A stretch of 50,067 nt of DNA from Ruminiclostridium sp. (GTDB taxonomy: Bacteria > Bacillota > Clostridia > Oscillospirales > Ruminococcaceae). This document shows, piece by piece, positions 20,601 to 27,311 of the stretch (position 1 is its first letter; each line of letters opens with the position of its first letter). The translations under genes and the position numbers were made by a program. The notes beneath the pieces were generated by a model. That model was not told where the DNA came from. It made no database searches and was given only the letters and a program-made list of their open reading frames with translations. The stretch lies in NCBI GenBank assembly GCA_045579125.1, contig JAZNLN010000185.1, forward strand, positions 1-50,067, given 5' to 3'.

Positions 20601-20983
20601 TTGAGTTCGTAAAGCTCAACAAGGCGTTTGAGCTCCTTTCGCCCGCTGAAAACGATGGTCTGTACGGCGACGAATACACTGTAAACGGCGACTGTATCGA
20701 AAACATCGGAAACAACGTGCTTATCGAATTTTCCGATATGGATTTCGGCGACGGCGTGACAAAAATCACAATCTGCGGAAAAACTCCGAACGACAACAAT
20801 ACAATCCAGCTCCGCTGTACGGCGCAGGACGGCTCGCAGACAACACAGCTCCTCGAATTTGCTTATTCGGATACTTATACCGAGCGTGAATTTACGCTCG
20901 AAAAAATCAGCGGCACGACAGACATAAGCTTTGTTTTCCTGCCCGGCAGCAAGTTCGACTTCAAGTCGTTCAAATTTGAATAA
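17627..20983 (+). CDS. GH2 beta-galactosidase-like glycosidase with C-terminal CBM6-like modules
   Basis: FDGVYMNS, RWYSGAGIYR, GVCMHHDLGALG, VNAVRTSHN, MWSIGNE, YGSET, WTGFDYIGEP, DNGD; C-terminal VDFG/MDFG beta-sandwiches. Confidence 0.92.
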   Translation: MIKHGKHLFNDGWQFTLRNIGTVPENINDSLEWYNVEIPHDWLIGDTRHLYETGEGWYRKRFALDSDDLESVLSVIFDGVYMNSSVFVNGKHVGDWKYGYSTFGFDISGYVHEGTNELLVRVCHEAPNTRWYSGAGIYRNVWLRSADKTHLTEDGVYIVQRREENGWSVTVTAETSVPCEVRYSIKEIPEAVFTDGKAFVSEPKLWDTENPALYTLAVEAVSDGKVTDTAEIRFGFRTLDFSPDKGFLLNGVQTKLHGVCMHHDLGALGAAMNKSALKRQLEILKSFGVNAVRTSHNMPARELIELSEEMGLLINSEGFDMWELPKNENDYARFFPEWYKKDVAAWVRRDRNSPCVIMWSIGNEIYDTHKSPRGLEVAKMLKEAVLEHDPCENAVCTIGSNFMSWENAQSVADYLKLAGYNYAETLYDGHHEKHPDWFIYGSETASTVRSRGVYHFPASAKILTHDDLQCSDYGNSVVGWGRDSESAWTMDRDREYCGGQFIWTGFDYIGEPTPYSTKNSYFGIIDTAGFPKDSYYMYKAAWTKEPFIHILPYWDWNEGEEISVFTYSNVSDVELFFNGKSLGKQHINMDKDLVLHGSWKLKYAKGELVARAYSPDGTVAAEERISSFGDPDKIVITPENSVIKADGRDIAFLCISVCDKNGEPVANARSRVNVDVSGCGRLVGLDNGDSTDYDSYKGTNRRLFGGKLLAMVQATLESGDITVTVSSEGLETASVTLTAEKCEIPEGVSVVSEKAYPAYIQPKVSEIPLRKIELTANKTKLDENNKTAEVKAVLLPENASYKDIVWKCVLESGVEIGCAEASGDSGGAVVTAKGDGRFRLRAMCANGGIAPQIISELEFEITGLGETVSSPYSFISASLYTVSDKVLNVVEKGAVSGIQSRTVIGFTNVDFGSYGSDILRLHIGNAGSDPVPVEVWLGNPDENGAKKLYTAEFMPNGRWDGFDPADFTLPERIRGIQTICFVISTKCIFGGFEFVKLNKAFELLSPAENDGLYGDEYTVNGDCIENIGNNVLIEFSDMDFGDGVTKITICGKTPNDNNTIQLRCTAQDGSQTTQLLEFAYSDTYTEREFTLEKISGTTDISFVFLPGSKFDFKSFKFE

Positions 20984-20994
20984 ACGGAGGCATT

Positions 20995-21810
20995 ATGGCT
21001 TCAACATACGCACATTACAAGTTCGCACATCTTGTTCTTGACAGACTTTCCGAGCCTGCAAAGGGCGTGATAGAACGGCATATTCAGCTTTACGACATAG
21101 GCGCTCACGGTCCCGATATACTTTTTTACTATCAGCCGCTCAATACCAAGGGTATATCCAAAATCGGCTACGACCTGCATAAAAAACCCGCAAAGGAGTT
21201 TTTCGGCAAGGCGAAAAAAATAATAAAGAAGTACAGACAGAGCGAGCGGCACCGTGCGTATATCTACGGATTTATAACGCATTTCGTGCTCGATACCGCC
21301 GTGCACAGCTATATCGCCCGCTGTACGGAAAAAATGTCGGCAAGACATATCGAAATAGAAGTCGAATATGACAGATTTCTGCTGACAAGGGATAAGCGCA
21401 ACCCGCTCCGCACAAAAGTAACAAAACACCTTTGCCCGACGGATGAAAACGCAAGGGTTATCGCAAAACACTGGGGCATACTCTCTCCGAAAAAAATCCG
21501 CAGGGCTATCGCCTCGATGAAACGGTACTGCGACTTTTTCGTCACGGAAAGCAAAGTAAAGCGAGGCGCTGTCACGTCGGCGTTCAAGCTGATTGGAAAG
21601 TACAACGAGCTGAAGGGTCTTTTTGTCAATTTTACGCCCAATCCCGAGTGCAGAACTCCATGCCGTGAGCTTGACAGGCGTTTCAGCGAGGCAGTTGACA
21701 TCGCCGTAAGGACAATCGAAGATTTCGACAGAGGTCTGCTTTCCGAGGAGGCGCTTACAGGCATTTTCGAACGCACGTTCGACGACAACGGCTGCGATTT
21801 ACAGGCGTAG
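20995..21810 (+). CDS. Zinc-dependent phospholipase C family protein
   Basis: N-terminal YAH, GAHGPDILFY, GFITHFVLDTAVH, HIEIE zinc ligands. Confidence 0.8.
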   Translation: MASTYAHYKFAHLVLDRLSEPAKGVIERHIQLYDIGAHGPDILFYYQPLNTKGISKIGYDLHKKPAKEFFGKAKKIIKKYRQSERHRAYIYGFITHFVLDTAVHSYIARCTEKMSARHIEIEVEYDRFLLTRDKRNPLRTKVTKHLCPTDENARVIAKHWGILSPKKIRRAIASMKRYCDFFVTESKVKRGAVTSAFKLIGKYNELKGLFVNFTPNPECRTPCRELDRRFSEAVDIAVRTIEDFDRGLLSEEALTGIFERTFDDNGCDLQA

Positions 21811-21828
21811 CACATAGCAAAACACATT

Positions 21829-21871
21829 AAAAGTTCCGCACTGCGTGCAGCAGGGCGGGACTTTTTCTTTT
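21829..21871 (+). terminator. Intrinsic terminator
   Basis: AAAAGTTCCGC-ACTGC-gt-GCAG-CAGGGCGGGACTTTTT (imperfect hairpin plus T run). Confidence 0.55.
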
Positions 21872-21930
21872 CTGCCCTTTTTCATACTCAAAAACACATC
21901 CGTGCCAAGTTTCGTTCGACGGCACATTTA

Positions 21931-21951
21931 ATTATTCGACATTATTCGACA
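21931..21951 (-). promoter_or_regulatory. Tandem Spo0A boxes (0A boxes)
   Basis: Direct repeat ATTATTCGAC ATTATTCGAC A gives two perfect TGTCGAA on the minus strand, 10 bp apart; a near-match TTCGACG lies at 21915-21921. Confidence 0.75.
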
Positions 21952-22092
21952 AAATATTACAAAATACAACATTGGATAAAAATGCCGATTTTAGCGATTA
22001 TAAAGCTGTTTTTTGAAATTATTTCCCGATTTTATCAGAAAACGAATTTTGCAAGCAAAGAATGAAACTATGTATATTTTGCTAATTTTCTA

Positions 22093-22121
22093 TTGAAATC
22101 CGTTGTCAATTATGCTACAAT
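22093..22121 (+). promoter_or_regulatory. SigA promoter of spo0A
   Basis: TTGAAA-N17-TACAAT with extended -10 TG. Confidence 0.7.
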
Positions 22122-22196
22122 ATACTTACAATAAACAAACAGATGCAGTATTACCGCATAAAATGACGTAATGCCCATTCGGAAAGGATATTAAAA

Positions 22197-23018
22197 ATGA
22201 ACGAAAAAACAAAACTGATTATCGGCAACGACAGACCCGACGAAGGTGTAACCTGGGCGAGCATACTCAAATCGGAGGGCATGTTCACAATGACACGGAG
22301 CAAAAACGGACGCTCAATCCTTGACGCCGCTATCAACGAACAGCCCGACTTCCTTATACTTGAGGCGAAAATGCCCGAGCTGGACGCCGCAGAGGTGCTG
22401 TGCGAGCTGAAAAGGGCAACAGGCTCCCTGCCGATGTCGATTATTATTTCCGCATATGACTCTCCCGCTCTTGAACGTGAGGTAATGGAAGCGGGCGCAA
22501 GCGATTACATGCTCCGTCCGATTGATAATGCGGCTCTCGTAAAAAGAGTGAAGAAAATAGTGAGCGAAAATGAGCTGAAAAAACAGGCGGAAAGCAATGC
22601 GGAAGCTCCCGCCGAGCCGAACGACGATACGCTGGAATTTGAGGTAACGGACACAATTCACCTTATCGGCGTTCCCGCTCACATAAAGGGCTACCACTAT
22701 CTCCGTACGGCGATTATGCTCGCTATCAGGGACAGGGAGATGATAAACAGCATCACAAAGCTTCTTTATCCGACAATAGCAAAGGAATACGGAACGACCT
22801 CGTCACGGGTTGAGCGTGCTATCCGCCACGCAATAGAAATCGCATGGGACAGAGGCGACGTAGACGTGCTTAACAGCTATTTCGGCTACACCATCCACAA
22901 CGGAAGAGGAAAACCCACGAACTCCGAATTTGTCGCACTCATTTCCGACAAAATACGCTTACAGCGCAAGAAGCGTATTTTCGAAGAAAACGGCGCAAAG
23001 GCGGTAGAGCTCAAATAA
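22197..23018 (+). CDS. spo0A: Sporulation master regulator Spo0A with atypical receiver domain
   Basis: Diagnostic C-domain [14 protein letters not shown]...[15 protein letters not shown]...KPTNSEF; N-terminal REC domain has D56E and K-to-R. Confidence 0.93.
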   Translation: MNEKTKLIIGNDRPDEGVTWASILKSEGMFTMTRSKNGRSILDAAINEQPDFLILEAKMPELDAAEVLCELKRATGSLPMSIIISAYDSPALEREVMEAGASDYMLRPIDNAALVKRVKKIVSENELKKQAESNAEAPAEPNDDTLEFEVTDTIHLIGVPAHIKGYHYLRTAIMLAIRDREMINSITKLLYPTIAKEYGTTSSRVERAIRHAIEIAWDRGDVDVLNSYFGYTIHNGRGKPTNSEFVALISDKIRLQRKKRIFEENGAKAVELK

Positions 23019-23034
23019 CCGGCGTGCAGCCGGA

Positions 23035-23077
23035 AACGCCGTGTATGAACTGATGTTTTCATACACGGCGCTTTTTA
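23035..23077 (+). terminator. Intrinsic terminator after spo0A
   Basis: CGCCGTGTATGAA-loop-TTCATACACGGCG-CTTTTT. Confidence 0.85.
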
Positions 23078-23242
23078 TGCAAGGTGTCATTTAACACGGA
23101 AAAAATGCACAAAATATTATGATAATTTTTTATCAATTATTCAAAAAAACTATTGCATTATTTGCAAAAATCTGATAAAATATAATATGTAAAAATTGGT
23201 GCTGCGATGCGGTGCCTAATAAAACCGAAAGGAAGAAATAAA

Positions 23243-24463
23243 ATGGCAAAGCTTAACAAAAAGAATGTAGAAGACCTTAACGTAAAGGGCAAGAAGGTTC
23301 TCGTAAGAGTTGACTTCAACGTACCCATGAAGGAAGGCGTAATCACAAACGACAACAGAATCGTTGCAGCACTCCCCACAATCAACAAGCTCGTTGAAAA
23401 CGGCGCTAAAATCGTTCTCTGCTCGCATCTCGGCAAGCCCAAGAACGGTCCCGAGGATAAGTTCTCTCTCAAGGCTGCGGCTGAAAGACTTGCTCAGCTC
23501 GTAAATACAAAAGTTATTTTCGCAAAGGATGATACAGTAGTTGGCGACAACGCAAAGAAGGCTGTTGCTGAAATGAAGGAAGGCGAAATCGTAGTTCTCG
23601 AAAACACACGTTTCCGTGGCGCAGAAGAAACAAAGAACGGCGAAGAATTCGCAAAGGAACTCGCTGAACTTGTTGACGGCGAAATGTTCGTTATGGACGC
23701 TTTCGGCTCCGCTCACCGTGCTCACGCTTCCACAGCAGGCGTTACAAAGTTTGTTAAGGAAACAGCTGTCGGCTACCTCATGAACAAGGAAATCGAATTC
23801 CTCGGCAATGCCGTTGAAAACCCCGTTCGTCCTTTCGTTGCTATTCTCGGCGGTGCAAAGGTTGCAGACAAGCTCAACGTTATCTCCAACCTCCTCGAAA
23901 AGTGCGACACACTCATCATCGGCGGCGGTATGGCTTACACATTCCTCAAGGCTAAGGGCTACGAGGTAGGTACTTCTCTCGTTGACGACGAAAAGGTTGA
24001 ATACTGCAAGGAAATGATTGCCAAGGCTGAAAAGAACGGCAAGAAGCTCCTCCTCCCCATCGACACAACAATCACAAAGTCTTTCCCCGACCCCATCGAC
24101 GCAGAGGTTGAGGTTACAGTTGTTGACTCCGACAAGATTCCCGCAGACATGATGGGTCTTGACATCGGTACAAAGACAATGGAACTCTTCGCAGCAGAAG
24201 CAAAGGCTGCAAAGACAGTTGTATGGAACGGACCTATGGGCGTATTCGAAAACCCCATCCTCGCAAAGGGTACAATCTCTGTTGCAAAGGGTCTTGCAGA
24301 AGCTGACGCTACAACAATCATCGGCGGCGGCGACTCCGCAGCTGCAGTTGTTCAGCTCGGTTTTGCCGACAAGATGAGCCACATCTCCACAGGCGGCGGC
24401 GCATCTCTCGAATACCTTGAAGGCAAGGTTCTCCCCGGCATCGACGTAATTCAGGATAAGTAA
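23243..24463 (+). CDS. pgk: Phosphoglycerate kinase
   Basis: [63 protein letters not shown]; upstream TTGCAT-N17-TAAAAT at 23153-23181. Confidence 0.98.
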   Translation: MAKLNKKNVEDLNVKGKKVLVRVDFNVPMKEGVITNDNRIVAALPTINKLVENGAKIVLCSHLGKPKNGPEDKFSLKAAAERLAQLVNTKVIFAKDDTVVGDNAKKAVAEMKEGEIVVLENTRFRGAEETKNGEEFAKELAELVDGEMFVMDAFGSAHRAHASTAGVTKFVKETAVGYLMNKEIEFLGNAVENPVRPFVAILGGAKVADKLNVISNLLEKCDTLIIGGGMAYTFLKAKGYEVGTSLVDDEKVEYCKEMIAKAEKNGKKLLLPIDTTITKSFPDPIDAEVEVTVVDSDKIPADMMGLDIGTKTMELFAAEAKAAKTVVWNGPMGVFENPILAKGTISVAKGLAEADATTIIGGGDSAAAVVQLGFADKMSHISTGGGASLEYLEGKVLPGIDVIQDK

Positions 24464-24473
24464 TTGCTGCTTT

Positions 24474-24500
24474 AAGGGCGAACGGCAGTTCGCCCTTTTT
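24474..24500 (+). terminator. Terminator-like hairpin after pgk
   Basis: AAGGGCGAAC-ggca-GTTCGCCCTT-TTT. Confidence 0.75.
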
Positions 24501-24521
24501 GGCGTATTATGGAGATAGACT

Positions 24522-24728
24522 ATGAACAATTTAAAAGAACTTCTTAACACCAAAAACGGCAAAATTGCCGCCGTGGTTCTGGGCATAATCCTGCTGCTCC
24601 TCGTAATAAGAGCGGCGACTCCTAAAAGCATAAATATCCTTGTGAACGGCGGAAACGAATGTCAGGTCACAATGGGCAAATGCAAGAAAAAATACAAAGG
24701 CAAGAAAGATAAGAAAAAGAAAAAATGA
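24522..24728 (+). CDS. Small single-TM protein with poly-Lys tail (68 aa)
   Basis: RBS GGAGA; IAAVVLGIILLLLVI helix; KCKKKYKGKKDKKKKK tail; ends 18 nt before tpiA. Confidence 0.72.
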   Translation: MNNLKELLNTKNGKIAAVVLGIILLLLVIRAATPKSINILVNGGNECQVTMGKCKKKYKGKKDKKKKK

Positions 24729-24746
24729 TATAAAGGTGGTAATACT

Positions 24747-25514
24747 ATGAACAAGAATTTAAGAAAAGCAGTTATCGCAGGTAACTGGAAAATGAACAAG
24801 ACCCGCCCCGAAGCAAAGGCTCTCATCGAAGAAATGAAGCCGCTGGTTGCAAATGCAGGCTGCGAGGTTGTAATCTGCGTACCTTTCACAAACCTTGAAA
24901 CAGCCGTAAACCTTACAGCAGGCACAAATATCAAGGTTGGCGCAGAAAACTGCCACTTCGAAAAGAGCGGCGCTTTCACAGGCGAAATTTCCGCAGATAT
25001 GCTCAAGGAAGTAGGCGTTGAATACGTTGTACTCGGCCACAGCGAACGCCGTCAGTACTTCGCAGAAACCGACGAAACAGTAAACAAGAGAACAAAGGCT
25101 GCTCTTGCGGCCGGTTTAAAGCCTATCGTTTGCGTGGGCGAGCTTCTTGAAGAGCGTGAAGCAAACATCACAGAGGAAGTTATCTCCCGTCAGATTAAGC
25201 TCGATTTCGCAGGCATTTCCGCAGACGAGCTCAAGAACTGCATCATCGCTTACGAGCCTGTATGGGCTATCGGCACAGGCAAGACCGCAACAGCTGACCA
25301 GGCTCAGGAAGTATGCGCATTCATCCGTGCAGTTCTCGCAAAGCTTTACAGCAAGGATGTTGCTGACGCAATAACAATCCAGTACGGCGGCTCCATGAAC
25401 GCAGGCAACGCAGCAGAGCTCCTCGCAAAGGCTGACGTTGACGGCGGTCTTATCGGCGGTGCATCGCTCAAGGCTCCCGACTTCAACGAAATCGTAAAGG
25501 CTGCAAGCGTTTAA
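24747..25514 (+). CDS. tpiA: Triosephosphate isomerase
   Basis: AGNWKMN, GHSERR, AYEPVWAIGTG, YGGS, GGLIGGASL. Confidence 0.98.
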   Translation: MNKNLRKAVIAGNWKMNKTRPEAKALIEEMKPLVANAGCEVVICVPFTNLETAVNLTAGTNIKVGAENCHFEKSGAFTGEISADMLKEVGVEYVVLGHSERRQYFAETDETVNKRTKAALAAGLKPIVCVGELLEEREANITEEVISRQIKLDFAGISADELKNCIIAYEPVWAIGTGKTATADQAQEVCAFIRAVLAKLYSKDVADAITIQYGGSMNAGNAAELLAKADVDGGLIGGASLKAPDFNEIVKAASV

Positions 25515-25557
25515 TCCGCACGCCCGCATAAATAATGTATCTGAAAGGAAAACAAAA

Positions 25558-27126
25558 ATGTCAAAACCTATTCTTTTAGTTGTAATGGACGGAATCGGCT
25601 TTTCCAAGACAGGTCTCGGCGACGCAGTAACGCTCGCAAATACCCCTACTCTTGATATGCTGATGAAGGATTACCCCATGGCACGCCTCAAGGCTCACGG
25701 CGACGCAGTAGGCCTGCCCAGCGACGACGATATGGGCAACTCCGAAGTAGGCCACAATGCACTCGGCTGCGGTCAGATTTATTCACAGGGCGCAAAGCTC
25801 GTAAACGAATCCATTGAAAGCGGCAAGATGTACGCCTCCGAGGCATGGCAGGAAATCGTTGCTAACTGCAAGACAAACAATTCCACACTTCACTTCATGG
25901 GTCTTTTATCCGACGGCAACGTTCACTCCAACATCAGCCACCTTTTCAAAATGCTTGAACAGGCAAAGAACGAGGGCGTAAAGAAGGCTCGTGTTCACAT
26001 TCTTCTTGACGGACGTGACGTTCCCGCAACATCCGCTCCTCTCTACATCGAACAGCTTGAAAACAAGCTCGCAGAGCTTAACGGCGCTGACTTCGACGGC
26101 AAAATCGCAAGCGGCGGCGGACGTATGCAGGTCACTATGGACAGATACCAGGCTAACTGGAGCATGGTTGAGCTGGGCTGGAAAACTCATGTTAAGGGCG
26201 AAGGCAGACAGTTTGCCTCTGCAATCGACGCAGTTAATACTCTCCGTGAGGAGACAGGCGCAATCGACCAGGACCTCCCCGCTTTCGTTATCGCAGAAAA
26301 CGGCGAGCCTGTCGGCAAAATTGTTGACAAGGACAGCGTAATCCTCTTTAACTTCAGAGGCGACCGTGCTATCGAAATGTCCATGGCATTCGACTGCGAC
26401 GAGTTCACATATTTCGACAGAGGCGCAAAGCCCGACGTATGCTATGCGGGTATGCTCCAGTACGACGGAGACTTAAAGCTCCCCGCTCGTTTCCTCGTAA
26501 ATCCCCCCGAAATCACAAACACGCTTTCCGAGCTTATGGTTGCAAACGGCAAGAAGCAGTACGCTGTTTCCGAAACACAGAAATACGGACATGTGACATA
26601 TTTCTGGAACGGCAACAAGAGCGGCAAGTTCAGCGAGGAACTTGAAACATTCAAGGAAATCCCCTCTGACAACGTAAGCTTTGACCAGCGTCCCTGGATG
26701 AAATCCGCCGACATCGTTGACGACCTCATCGAAGTTATCGAATCGGGCGAATACGACTTTATCCGCTGCAACTTCCCCAACGGCGATATGGTCGGCCACA
26801 CAGGCAGTCTTGAGGCAACAATCATCGGCGTTGAGTCCGTTGATATCGGCCTTGCAAGACTTATCAAGGTTTGCGACAAGTGCGGCGTTACAATGCTCGT
26901 AACCGCTGACCACGGAAACGCAGACGAAATGCTCGAAAAGAACAAGAAGGGCGAGGTTGCGGTAAGAACTGCACACTCCCTCAACCCTGTTCCTTTCATC
27001 ATTTACGACAAGGATACAAAGTACACCATCAAGGACGGAAACTACGGCCTTGCTAATGTAGCTCCCACAGTAGCGGCACTCATGGGTCTCAAGGCTCCCG
27101 ACTGCTGGGAAGCGTCGATGGTATAA
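25558..27126 (+). CDS. gpmI: 2,3-BPG-independent phosphoglycerate mutase
   Basis: MGNSEVGH, LSDGNVHS, NFRGDR, ETQKYGHVTYF, DMVGHTG, TADHGNAD. Confidence 0.97.
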   Translation: MSKPILLVVMDGIGFSKTGLGDAVTLANTPTLDMLMKDYPMARLKAHGDAVGLPSDDDMGNSEVGHNALGCGQIYSQGAKLVNESIESGKMYASEAWQEIVANCKTNNSTLHFMGLLSDGNVHSNISHLFKMLEQAKNEGVKKARVHILLDGRDVPATSAPLYIEQLENKLAELNGADFDGKIASGGGRMQVTMDRYQANWSMVELGWKTHVKGEGRQFASAIDAVNTLREETGAIDQDLPAFVIAENGEPVGKIVDKDSVILFNFRGDRAIEMSMAFDCDEFTYFDRGAKPDVCYAGMLQYDGDLKLPARFLVNPPEITNTLSELMVANGKKQYAVSETQKYGHVTYFWNGNKSGKFSEELETFKEIPSDNVSFDQRPWMKSADIVDDLIEVIESGEYDFIRCNFPNGDMVGHTGSLEATIIGVESVDIGLARLIKVCDKCGVTMLVTADHGNADEMLEKNKKGEVAVRTAHSLNPVPFIIYDKDTKYTIKDGNYGLANVAPTVAALMGLKAPDCWEASMV

Positions 27127-27143
27127 TAAACGCTATACAGCAC

Positions 27144-27278
27144 AAAAGACTCGGGCGGAAACATCTGCCCGAGTTTTTACATAACCCGTCCCCGCATAGC
27201 ATGCACAGGCTGTCAGCGGATTAAACGCACCATAAAACAAGTAAGGGCACCGAGCAATAACTCGGTACCCTTGTTTTT
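27144..27278. terminator. Two terminator hairpins between convergent gpmI and the membrane-protein gene
   Basis: GACTCGGGCGG-aaaca-TCTGCCCGAGTTTTT (27148-27178) and AAGGGCACCGAG-caataa-CTCGGTACCCTTGTTTTT (27243-27278). Confidence 0.75.
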
Positions 27279-27311
27279 ATATACGCCGCAAACGGCTCGT
27301 ATTTCAGCTGT

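Noticed and set aside
21931-21950. 10-bp tandem repeat as CRISPR, iteron or target-site duplication
   Set aside because: Only two adjacent copies, no spacers or transposase; better explained as 0A boxes.
23216-24631. 471-aa minus-strand ORF
   Set aside because: Antisense shadow of pgk, explained by strong codon bias; no RBS or motifs.
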